Shown one piece after another: positions 9,898-18,544 of a stretch of 64,000 nucleotides of DNA. The notes under the pieces are model-generated. The model was not told the origin of the DNA. It was given only the letters and a program-made list of their open reading frames with translations, and did no database searches. How positions within the stretch are numbered: the stretch's first letter is position 1; every line of letters starts with the position of its first letter. Position numbers and translations under genes: made by a program. Origin of the DNA: an uncultured delta proteobacterium. Its GTDB lineage: Bacteria; Myxococcota_A; Polyangia; Polyangiales; Polyangiaceae. The DNA lies in the NCBI GenBank assembly GCA_963716725.1, contig CAVQUB010000015.1:128001-192000 (forward strand), given 5' to 3'.

Positions 9898-9935
9898 CCG
9901 AAGTGGCGGAACTGGCAGACGCGGCGGATTCAAAA
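9894..9935 (+). repeat. Right att copy (42 bp)
   Basis: Identical to 6573-6614. Confidence 0.95.
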
Positions 9936-9980
9936 TCCGCTTCTCGAAAGGGAGTGTGGGTTCAAGTCCCTCCTTCGGCA
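9897..9980 (+). tRNA. tRNA-Leu(CAA)
   Basis: Acceptor GCCGAAG/CTTCGGC, anticodon arm GCGGA-TTCAAAA-TCCGC, long variable arm, GGTTCAAGTCC T-arm; CCA not encoded. Confidence 0.96.
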
Positions 9981-10076
9981 CCGATCACCCGAGCGCCCCC
10001 CCGGGTGACGAGTTCAGGCCTCGTTCCCGGAGCGCTCAGCAGCTCTCCGAGAGAGCGGCCTCCAACTGATCGCTCT

Positions 10077-11861
10077 TCACTGCCACGTGATCCCACCATC
10101 TTCGCTGGCCAGGGTCTCGACACGGAGCTTCATGCGCTGGTCGCGCCGCCAGAACAAGAACAACTTGCGGTCGCTGGCGGCGACCCGCAGATCGGTGGGT
10201 TTGCCGTGTTCGTTGGGTGTCACGATCATCGCCGCGCGACCGGGGCCGCGGATGCCGGTGGTGTGAACCCAGATCTGGTCCCGGGCGAGATGCGCAACGA
10301 GTACCAGATCACCCTGGCAAGTCGCGACGCTTTGCTTGGCCTTGCGCTCGGTCGTTACGAAGAGCGGCGCGCCGACTCCGAGTTTCGTCAACCGGTTGCC
10401 AATCGGCAGCATGAGCGATAGCTCCTCGTCGCTGCGAGCCAGGAGCGACGGCGGACAGGTGCCGCAGACGCGGCTCAGATCGGGCATCGGCGCGTCGAAC
10501 TTGAGGCCGAAGAGCTTCGGACCGATGGTGACCAGGTACGACTTCTTGGTGTGACGCGCGACGAAGGGCAGCCAGCGTTCGTTGGCTACGCCGCAGGCGA
10601 TCTCCGGGGCCCGATCCATCGCGAGATCGCCTGGTGGGAGCGGAACTCGCTGGGGCTCCGGCCACCCTTCGGCATTTCGAGGCACGTCGTAGAGCGCGAG
10701 CCCCGCGGAGGCCGCGACCCGCTCGAATACGAGCACCCGGGGTCTGGGGCTGACGACGGCGGCCAGGAGCGTGCCGGCAGGCGTGGGCGTCACGTCGAGT
10801 TTCCCGTCGGGCATCAAGCGCACGAGCGCGCCGCCCGCTCGGCTTGCATCCTTTGGACCGATGGCCAGCGTCGGGACCTCGTGCTTGCCTTGATCCGAGA
10901 GCCAGACCGGAGTGCCGGCCTTCAGGGGCTCGAGCCCCTCGGGCAGTGCCGGGACTTCCACCGCCGCATCGATTCCAGGCGGGTCGCGCGTCACGCGCGC
11001 GACGAAGCTGCGCCCGACGGCGCCGTTGGCGTCCTGCGACGTGACCAGCAGCACGCTCGGTGCGCCGTCGCGCAGGCCCACCAAGGGCGCGTTCGTCGCG
11101 CCGCCGACCCGTCCCATACGTCCCGTGATGAGCTCGAAGCTCTTGCCTTCGTCCTTGGACGAAGCGAGGTGCACGCCGATGCTCTCGCTGTCCCGCTCGA
11201 CGGTGAAGCAGTCGAGTCGTAGGCTGCCATCGGGCTCCGCAGCCGCCTGGAACTTGGCGCTGAGCAGGAACTCCACGGGCTCGTCGAGGACCACTCGCGG
11301 CGTTGGCAGCGGCGGTGTCTCGAAGGCGCGCCCTGCGGAGGGGCATGCCCCGGGTGCCACGGCGCCTTCACCCAGGGCGAGCCGGCAAGCGGACTTGACC
11401 AACCCGTCGATGCGGGTGTCGAGCGCGTCGACTTCCCCGGACAACAGCGCATCCGCGCGCTCGCGAAAGAGCGCCTCGCTGAGCCCGGTCAGCAGGGAGT
11501 CGAGGCCGCGAATGCCGTCGCGGTCGCGAGGCAGGCGCAGGCCGACCAGCTCGCGAGCGTCGCGCTGCACCCGGCCGACGAGGGGAGCGCAGGCGGCGAG
11601 CGGCGTCGACTCCGCCGGCCGCTGCTCGATGGCGTCCCGCAAGGTTGCCGCGTCGGCGCGGACCGCGAAGGCGCACTCGGCGAGCTCGACGCTGGCCAGG
11701 TAGAGCGATTCCGAGAGGACCTTTGCGCGGCTCCGCGACGAGAACCAGGTCGCCGCGAAGGCGACGATGCCCAGCGTCAGAGCGCCCGCCAGCAGCAGAT
11801 CGACCGCCCGAAAACGACGGGCACGAGGCGCTTGTCGTTCGATCGCGGGGTCATCTGGCAC
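10077..11861 (-). CDS. Hypothetical membrane-anchored protein with beta-rich extracytoplasmic region
   Basis: 594-aa ORF, N-terminal TM helix. Confidence 0.7.
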   Translation of the reverse strand: MPDDPAIERQAPRARRFRAVDLLLAGALTLGIVAFAATWFSSRSRAKVLSESLYLASVELAECAFAVRADAATLRDAIEQRPAESTPLAACAPLVGRVQRDARELVGLRLPRDRDGIRGLDSLLTGLSEALFRERADALLSGEVDALDTRIDGLVKSACRLALGEGAVAPGACPSAGRAFETPPLPTPRVVLDEPVEFLLSAKFQAAAEPDGSLRLDCFTVERDSESIGVHLASSKDEGKSFELITGRMGRVGGATNAPLVGLRDGAPSVLLVTSQDANGAVGRSFVARVTRDPPGIDAAVEVPALPEGLEPLKAGTPVWLSDQGKHEVPTLAIGPKDASRAGGALVRLMPDGKLDVTPTPAGTLLAAVVSPRPRVLVFERVAASAGLALYDVPRNAEGWPEPQRVPLPPGDLAMDRAPEIACGVANERWLPFVARHTKKSYLVTIGPKLFGLKFDAPMPDLSRVCGTCPPSLLARSDEELSLMLPIGNRLTKLGVGAPLFVTTERKAKQSVATCQGDLVLVAHLARDQIWVHTTGIRGPGRAAMIVTPNEHGKPTDLRVAASDRKLFLFWRRDQRMKLRVETLASEDGGITWQ

Positions 11862-11886
11862 GCGCGCATGCTACCGTTTTTCTTCG

Positions 11887-12756
11887 ATGCGCGCTCTGCT
11901 CGGAAGCCTGGTGGTCGGGTTGACGTTCGTCGTTGCTGCGTGCAGCGGCGATGACGGCGGCGAGTCGTCGGGTGGCACTGGGGGAAGCGCAGGAGCCGCC
12001 GGCTCTGGCGCGGGCGGCAGCGGTGGCGCGGGCGGCGGCGGCGGCGCGGGCGGCAGCGGCGGCGTGAGCGGCAGCGGCGGCGCGGGCGGCAGCGGCGGCG
12101 CGAGCGGCAGCGGCGGCGCGAGCGGCAGCGGCGGCGTGAGCGGCAGCGGCGGCGTGAGCGGCAGCGGCGGCGTGAGCGGCAGCGGCGGCGTGAGCGGCAG
12201 CGGCGGCGCGGGAGGCAGCGGCGGCGCGGGAGGCAGCGGCGGCGCGGGAGGCAGCGGCGGCGCGGGAGGCAGCGGCGGTGCCTGCAACGATCCCGGGGTC
12301 GAGCCCAACGACAGTATCGTGCTCGCCGTACCGGCGTGCGGCGTTCCGGCATGCGAGATCGGCGACTGCAACGGAGACGGATCGAAGGGCTATGGCGGTC
12401 CGAAGCCGACCATCGTGGGGGTCGTGAGCAGCGCTGACAGCGACCACTTCAGGTTCGACGGCAAGGATGGACTCGGGTTTTGCCAAGTGGATCCCGCGGC
12501 CAAGACCAAGGACTCCGGCTTCCGGCTCTGTATCTTCGTGCAGTGCAAGCACGGAGCCACGAAGGTCAGCGCCTGTCCCGGTGGGCTGGCGGTGGAGACC
12601 AGCGGAGCGCCCGGTTGCTGCGTGAACACCCCGGGCGAAGCGAAGATCGACTACGACTGCAGTGGCAGCATCAACGACGACGACTCGGCGCGGATCGTGG
12701 TGCGCATGGACCAGGCGACGGCGTGCACGCCTTACGCCGTGGACTACCACTTTTGA
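11887..12756 (+). CDS. Lipoprotein with Gly/Ser linker and Cys-rich C-terminal domain
   Basis: VAAC lipobox; EPND motif; many Cys. Confidence 0.8.
   Translation: MRALLGSLVVGLTFVVAACSGDDGGESSGGTGGSAGAAGSGAGGSGGAGGGGGAGGSGGVSGSGGAGGSGGASGSGGASGSGGVSGSGGVSGSGGVSGSGGVSGSGGAGGSGGAGGSGGAGGSGGAGGSGGACNDPGVEPNDSIVLAVPACGVPACEIGDCNGDGSKGYGGPKPTIVGVVSSADSDHFRFDGKDGLGFCQVDPAAKTKDSGFRLCIFVQCKHGATKVSACPGGLAVETSGAPGCCVNTPGEAKIDYDCSGSINDDDSARIVVRMDQATACTPYAVDYHF
12049..12281 (+). repeat. 18-bp coding tandem repeat (GSGGVS/GSGGAG/GSGGAS)
   Basis: About 12-13 units of ggcagcggcggcg(t/c)g(a/g)g(c/a). Confidence 0.85.
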
Positions 12757-12763
12757 CGCGAAA

Positions 12764-14277
12764 TCAGGGCTTGCCGGTGCCCGGCGGGTTGTTCTTGCAC
12801 CAATCGATGCCTGCCTGACTCGGCGCAGCGCTCGGCGCGCCCGTCGGCGGAGTCATGAAGGGCGGGTTGTCGAAGTCGAACATGTCCAGGAAGGGCCAGG
12901 CGTTCGCGTCCCGCGCAGTCATGGCGGGCAGGTCGAAGCGGTTCTGGATGAAGCGGGTGACGCTGGTGATGTCCGTCGTGAAGTGGCTCACGTAGCCCTT
13001 CTTGACCCAGGGCGCGGCGATGACGAAGGGCGTGCGGACGCCCAGGCGATCGAATTTGTAGGTCGGCGGGAGGATGCCGTCCGGTTCGCAGGCCTCGGGC
13101 GGAGGCACGTGGTCGTAGAAACCCCCGTGCTCGTCGTAGAGCAAGATGAACACGGTCTTCTGCCAGACCTTCGGCTTGCTCATCAGCTTGTTCAACACGC
13201 GGGCCGCGAACTGCTGTCCCTTCTGGATGTTGGCCGGGGGGTGCTCGTCGTTCTGGCTCGCGCCACTGAAGCTCGGGTCGATGATGGAAAGCGCCGGCAG
13301 TTTGTCGGCATCGACGTCATTGTCGAACTGAGCGATGTTCACACCGAGGTACTTGACCCCGAAGATCACCGCGAACGACGTGATGCCGTCCCGGTAGATC
13401 TTCCAGCTTCGTCCGGCCTTATCCATCGTGTCGAGGAGCTTGTCCGAGCTCTGATAGACGTTGTTGGTGAGGAAGCCGACGTCGGAGGTCTTGATGTTTC
13501 CCCACGACGTTCCGCCGTAAAAGTAGAGCCGGTTTGGCCAGGTCGGACCGAGCAATGAGCAGAAATGGCGGTCGCTCATCGAGAACGTCTTCGCTAGCCA
13601 GTAGTAGTAGGGCAAATCCGTCTGGTCGTAGTAACCCATGGCGCGGGCGCCGCCAGGGTTGTTGGTCGCGACGAAGCCGTCCATCTTGCCTTCGTCGTAC
13701 TGCCAGTGGACTTGGTCCCAGTCATGGGCGACGTCTTCTACGCAGTATCTAGACTCGTGGAAGCGTTGTACCTGCTTGGGGGGATTGGCGTCTGGGTCGA
13801 TGTTCGAAGCGTTGGCCGCGGGCACGTCCACGTCCTTCACGCCGTAGTTGGCGAGCTCCGAAAATAGTGGTCGAAGCTGCGGTTCTCTTGCATCAAGACC
13901 ACGACGTGCTCGAAGGGCATCGCGTCGCCGTGGGGCACCTTGGCGCCGATGGTCTCGGTGGTCTTGGAGCCCGACGTGAACTTGCAGGACTTGCGATTCG
14001 ATTCTTGGGTGTCGTAGCTGGGCGCTGCGCCCGACCCGCCGCTGCCGGCCGCGCCGCCGCTGCCCGAGCTGCCTCCGGCGGCGCCGCTGCCCGAGCCGCC
14101 GCCCGTGCTGCCTCCGGTGCCGCCGCCGCTCGGCGCTCCGCTGCTGCCCGCGGCTCCGCCGCTGCTCGCACCGCCGCCGCCCGGACTCTCGCCGTCGCCG
14201 TCGTCCCCACACGCAAAGGCGCCGAGCGACGCGAGCATCGCCAGCGAAACCCCGAGAACGATCGATCGGCTCACCAC
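12764..14277 (-). CDS. Phospholipase C/phosphoesterase family lipoprotein, frameshifted near 13862
   Basis: HVVVLMQENRSFDHYF, GPTWPNR, YDEHGGFYDHVPPP, LGVRTP; break lies in a T run. Confidence 0.9.
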
Positions 14278-14291
14278 TCGCCGAGCATAGC

Positions 14292-15320
14292 TCAGGTCCC
14301 CCCAGGGGTCGTCAGATACACCAGGAAGGTCCCGAGCCAGTGGGTTGTCGCGTAGTCATTGCTGCCGAGCCCGTCCAGGGCCGCGGCCCGGTGCGTGCTG
14401 GCGGCGCCCAGCAGCGCGGGGCGCCGAGCGTCGCCGGGCGCCAGCGCGTCGGCGATGCCCGCGAGCATCCAGGCGCGGCTCGCGTTCAACCCGTCCAGGT
14501 GGACGAGCTTGCCGTCGCTGCGATCCGGGCACGTCACCGGGCGGAGCCACGACGGGTCGCCGCCCTCTGGGATGTTCGGCAGGAACTGCTGGAGCCAGCT
14601 CGAGAACTGCGGCGGGGTCAGCACGCGTCGCATCACGTCGGCTTCGGCGAGGCAGGGGGACAAGAAGTCGTAGCCGGAGGGCTCGAGGTGCAAGGCTCCC
14701 CGGAGATCTGCGGCGTAGAGTTCTCGAACCCGCGCGGCCGCGGATGCGCGCACTTTGCCTTGGGCCCAGTCGAGGAAGAGCGACGCCCCGAACGCGGTCT
14801 GGGAGTGCTCGCCCGTGCGCACGGGATGGGGCAAACCTTCGAGGTAGCGCAGCATGCGTGCCGCGCCGAGCTCGACGATGGGGTCCAGCAGAGAGCACCA
14901 GCGCTCAGCGTCGGCTTCATCCCACTCGCTGAGTTCGCGGTGCAGCGTGAGCAGCCAGCCGATGCCGTAAGGGATCTCGAAGCCAACGCGGTCCGGGTGA
15001 TTTAGGTAGCGGAGCTCCCCGTCCAGCTTCTCCGGGCTGAGGCTGGAGCTCAGCGCTAAACGGGCGGGCCCGACGAAGGGTGCGTCGGGAAACCGGCGGC
15101 ACAGGCGCGCGAGCGTCCAATGGCCGTGCACGGCCGAGTGCCAGTCGTAGCAGCCGAAGAAGGCGGGAGTCAGCGCTCGTGGAGGAGCGACGTCGTCGTC
15201 GCCGGCGAGGGCGTGCGCGATCTTGTTCGGGTACTCTTGTTTCACCGCCGACAGGACGCGACCGGCGATGGCTGCGGCGGTGGTGGGAGCGAGGCGGTCC
15301 ACGGCGGGGTTTGATACCAC
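14292..15320 (-). CDS. DUF2891 family protein
   Basis: EYPNK, PAFFGCYDWHSAVHGHW, EPSGYDFLSP, HLDGLNASRAW, HWLGTF. Confidence 0.9.
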   Translation of the reverse strand: MVSNPAVDRLAPTTAAAIAGRVLSAVKQEYPNKIAHALAGDDDVAPPRALTPAFFGCYDWHSAVHGHWTLARLCRRFPDAPFVGPARLALSSSLSPEKLDGELRYLNHPDRVGFEIPYGIGWLLTLHRELSEWDEADAERWCSLLDPIVELGAARMLRYLEGLPHPVRTGEHSQTAFGASLFLDWAQGKVRASAAARVRELYAADLRGALHLEPSGYDFLSPCLAEADVMRRVLTPPQFSSWLQQFLPNIPEGGDPSWLRPVTCPDRSDGKLVHLDGLNASRAWMLAGIADALAPGDARRPALLGAASTHRAAALDGLGSNDYATTHWLGTFLVYLTTPGGT

Positions 15321-15397
15321 GCGCCGCGCCGCAGGTGCGCGGATGTAGGCGTGAAGATTCGACTCAAGGAGAGGGGCGGCCCGTCGTTCCGTGGGAC

Positions 15398-15946
15398 GTG
15401 ACTACGCTGGTACCGCTTGGGCTTCACGAACGCATAGCCGCTCTCGAAGCCGCTCTAGCGGAGGCGCGGGTCGAGAAGCGACGCCAGAGCAACTGCCTGT
15501 CGATCGTCGCCTTTAGCGGCGACCTGGATCGGCTCTTGGCCGCCATGAACGTGGCGACTGGCAGCGCGGCCATGGGCATGGACGTCCACGTGTTCTTCGC
15601 GTTTTGGGCCGTCGGAGCGCTGCGATCCGAGCGGAGGGCGAGCCGGGGGCCGTTCGGGTTTCTGACCGCCAAAGGGCCTCGGAGCGCCGCGCTGTCGCGG
15701 TTTCACCTGGGCGGGCTCGGAGCGCTCGTCTTGGCCCGCCGGATGAAGAAGCTCGGGCAGCCGGCGCTCGATGAGTTGATCGAGATGGCCCGAGAGTCCG
15801 GCGTCCGCTTTTCGGTATGCGAAGCCAGCCTGGGAATGCTCGGGCTCGAGATGGGCGATCTCGAGGACTACCCCGGATTGTCCGCGTGCGGAGTGACCAG
15901 CTTCATGGAATCAGCCTCGCAAAGCCAAACCACGTTGTTCATTTGA
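15398..15946 (+). CDS. DsrE2/DsrE-F-like sulfur-relay protein
   Basis: SIVAFSGDLDRLLAA..A.GSAAMGMDVHVFFAFW; GVRFSVCEAS; GVTSFME; ends TLFI. Confidence 0.88.
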   Translation: MTTLVPLGLHERIAALEAALAEARVEKRRQSNCLSIVAFSGDLDRLLAAMNVATGSAAMGMDVHVFFAFWAVGALRSERRASRGPFGFLTAKGPRSAALSRFHLGGLGALVLARRMKKLGQPALDELIEMARESGVRFSVCEASLGMLGLEMGDLEDYPGLSACGVTSFMESASQSQTTLFI

Positions 15947-16183
15947 ATGGAGCCCGAGATGACCGAGCGCGTGCTGATGACTTTGGGAATGAAGTGCCCC
16001 AAGCCGCTCTTCGAGGTGCACAAGATGATGAAGGACATCCCCGGTGGCGACGTGCTGCGGATCATGAGCGACGACCCGGCGTTCCGACTGGACATCCAGG
16101 CGTGGTGCCGCCGCACCGGCAACGAGCTTGTCGAGCTCAATCAGGAATCCGATCGGCTCGTCGCCGTGATTCGAAAGGTCTGA
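15947..16183 (+). CDS. TusA/SirA family sulfurtransferase
   Basis: GMKCPKP, GDVL.IMSDDP, DIQAWCRRTGNEL. Confidence 0.93.
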   Translation: MEPEMTERVLMTLGMKCPKPLFEVHKMMKDIPGGDVLRIMSDDPAFRLDIQAWCRRTGNELVELNQESDRLVAVIRKV

Positions 16184-16186
16184 CGC

Positions 16187-16555
16187 ATGTCCGACAAGAT
16201 GCTGATCATTCTAGCCACCGGTCCAGAAGACCGCGGCAACCGAGCGACGCTCGCCTTCGCCATGGGCGTCTCCGCCATCATCTCCGGCGTCGACACCACG
16301 GTCTACCTGACCATGGGCGGCGCATTCTGGTCGCGGTCGAAGAGCGTCGGCAAGGTGCACATCGACGGCTTCGAACCGCTCTCCGACTACGTGGGCCAGT
16401 TCACCGAGGGCGGCGGCAAGTTGATGCTGTGTAGCCCCTGTAACGAGTTCTACTGCTCCATCGAGCCCGAGAAGAACCTGGTGCCCGGCACCGAGCTGTG
16501 TGGGCTGGCGCACGTGGTCGACCTCGCCATGGGAGCCTCCGTCGTCACCTTGTGA
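16187..16555 (+). CDS. DsrE family protein
   Basis: TGPED..RATLAF; GGKLMLCSPC. Confidence 0.88.
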   Translation: MSDKMLIILATGPEDRGNRATLAFAMGVSAIISGVDTTVYLTMGGAFWSRSKSVGKVHIDGFEPLSDYVGQFTEGGGKLMLCSPCNEFYCSIEPEKNLVPGTELCGLAHVVDLAMGASVVTL

Positions 16556-16562
16556 GCATCCC

Positions 16563-17720
16563 GTGCACGCCGATTACCCCATCGACATCCCGCGGCTCGA
16601 TCCCGAGATCGGCGCGGAGTTGCAGCGCGTGCGGCGAGCGTTTCGGGAGGGGCGCGGCCCAGGGGAGTCGGCGCTCTTCGCCCTCGAGCGACTGCTGGCG
16701 CGGAAGCTGGCGGTCATGGCCGCGCAGGCGAGCGCCGTGGCCGACGCCAACGTCCGGGCGGTGGAGCTGGTCGAGAAGCAGGAAGAGATCAGCACGCGGC
16801 TCGACACCCAGAACCGGGAGTTGGCCGAGCAGACCCAGCGCATCGAGCAGGCGCGCGCGGAGCTCGAGTCGCAGCTCGAAGCCATGGTCGCGGCGAACGT
16901 CGATGCGGTCCTGATGCTGGACGACAGCGAGCAGCGCATGCAGGAGATTGCCGGGGCACGAGATCGTCTTTCGGACGTGTCGCGCCTGCTGTTGGACCGC
17001 GCCCGCACCCTCGAGCAGGAAGCGATGGCCCTCGCGGAGTCCAACGCGAGCGCGGTGTTGATGCTCGACGAGCGCGAACACCAGATTGCGACTGCCCAAT
17101 CCGCGGTCAAGAAGCTCGCAGGTGAGCGGGCCGAGTTCGAGCAAAAAGCCTTCGTCGACGCCATGACCGGGCTGTTCAACCACCGCTACTTCAAGGAGCA
17201 GACCATCCTGGAGCTGGCGCGAGCCAAGCGCTACCAGCGGGCGCTGAGCCTCGTGTTCATCGACGTGGATCACTTCAAGAAGCTGAACGACACTCACGGC
17301 CACCAGGTCGGCGACGAGGTCCTGACCGCGGTGGGCCGGATCCTGTCGAGCGAGGTGCGCGGCGCGGACATCACGGTGCGAATGGACGGTGTGCCGTATG
17401 CCGTGCGCTACGGGGGCGAAGAGTTCGTGATCATCCTTCCCGAGACGGACGTCGCGGGAGCGCTGTGCGTGGCAGAGCGATTGCGGGAATGCATTGCGGT
17501 CGCGGATTTGCCGGGAGGGACCACCCAGCCCTCGGGGCGCGTCACGATCAGCGCGGGCGTGGCGGCCTTCGCGCCGGGTGACAGCAACGTCGAGGCGCTG
17601 GTCCAGCGCGCAGACGCCGCGCTCTACGCCGCGAAACGCGGTGGTCGAAATCGGGTCGTCGTCGCGGAGTCGAGCACCGAGTCGAGCGCGCACCCGAGCG
17701 TCGAGCTATCAGGCGTCTGA
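16563..17720 (+). CDS. Diguanylate cyclase with repeated coiled-coil stalk (true start may be GTG 16552 if one C is missing)
   Basis: DAMTGLFN, DVDHFKKLNDTHGH, RYGGEEF, ADAALYAAKRGGRN. Confidence 0.93.
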   Translation: MHADYPIDIPRLDPEIGAELQRVRRAFREGRGPGESALFALERLLARKLAVMAAQASAVADANVRAVELVEKQEEISTRLDTQNRELAEQTQRIEQARAELESQLEAMVAANVDAVLMLDDSEQRMQEIAGARDRLSDVSRLLLDRARTLEQEAMALAESNASAVLMLDEREHQIATAQSAVKKLAGERAEFEQKAFVDAMTGLFNHRYFKEQTILELARAKRYQRALSLVFIDVDHFKKLNDTHGHQVGDEVLTAVGRILSSEVRGADITVRMDGVPYAVRYGGEEFVIILPETDVAGALCVAERLRECIAVADLPGGTTQPSGRVTISAGVAAFAPGDSNVEALVQRADAALYAAKRGGRNRVVVAESSTESSAHPSVELSGV

Positions 17721-18524
17721 AGCCTCGGTCGCGCGGGCGCGACAGACCAGGACCGCGTCGTCCAAGACGTAGATCTCGCGACCGGGATCGCCGCCCGAGA
17801 GGTAGGGCGCGCGGGTCAGCGCGACCACCTCGAGCCCCAACGGTTCGATGACGCGAGCGACGAGCTCCGCGACGGCGTGCTCCCAGGACTCTTGCTCGAG
17901 GGGCAGGCGCTCGTCGGGATCGCGCGTCACGCCGCCCGCGTAGACGAAAGGGCGATAGGGTAGGGGCGTGGCGACCACGAGCCGTCCGTCGTTCGTGAGG
18001 GCGCTCGCGAGATTTCGGAGCAAGGATTGCGGTCGATTCGAGCGATCGATGACGTTGAGGCAGGTCACCAGATCGAAGCGGTCATCGAGGTGCGCCTCGG
18101 CCAGATCCACACGCCGACAGTCGTAACCCCGGCGCTCCAAGCGTCGCGCCATCATGCGCGAGGTCTCGCTCGTCACGACCTGCTCCGCGCGGGTCGCCAG
18201 TCGCGCCGTGACGTCTCCGCAGCCGGCACCCACATCGAGGAGGCGAGGCTGCCGCTGGGGGCCGAGCAAGCGCGTCCACTGTTCGGCGCTCAGCAAGAAC
18301 AACGGATAGGTGCCGAGCAGGGCGTTCACGTCGAAGTCCGAGAGGAAGGTGCCCAGCGCACCGTGCAAGAACGCCATGGATCGACCGTGCCGACGGCGAC
18401 CCGCGGCGTCGGCAAAGGCGCGGGTTTCGTCGTCGACCTCGAGCTGAAGGAAGCGCTCAGCGAGCCTTGGCGGCAGCTGCGTGACGTCGCAGTCGTACGC
18501 AAATTCGGCGTCTGCGGGGCGCAT
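17709..18524 (-). CDS. METTL9/DREV-like class I SAM methyltransferase
   Basis: LLDVGAGCGDVT, TCLNVIDR..P, TRAPYLSGGD..YVLDDAV. Confidence 0.85.
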   Translation of the reverse strand: MRPADAEFAYDCDVTQLPPRLAERFLQLEVDDETRAFADAAGRRRHGRSMAFLHGALGTFLSDFDVNALLGTYPLFLLSAEQWTRLLGPQRQPRLLDVGAGCGDVTARLATRAEQVVTSETSRMMARRLERRGYDCRRVDLAEAHLDDRFDLVTCLNVIDRSNRPQSLLRNLASALTNDGRLVVATPLPYRPFVYAGGVTRDPDERLPLEQESWEHAVAELVARVIEPLGLEVVALTRAPYLSGGDPGREIYVLDDAVLVCRARATEASDA

Positions 18525-18544
18525 GCGTGATCGTAACCCCGCTC

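Larger units (their letters stand above)
6573..9935 (+). mobile_element. ~3.3-kb integrative element (tyrosine integrase, TA module) inserted in tRNA-Leu(CAA)
   Basis: Bounded by a perfect 42-bp direct repeat; integrase at the right end. Confidence 0.92.

Noticed and set aside
9985..10008. Terminator after the tRNA
   Set aside because: 7-bp hairpin but no U-tract; not called
11856..11872. Sigma-54 promoter TGGCAC..ATGCT
   Set aside because: GG-to-GC spacing is one base too long
15398..16555. Selenocysteine recoding in the Dsr/Tus genes
   Set aside because: Active-site positions are Cys codons and the TGA codons are at normal ends
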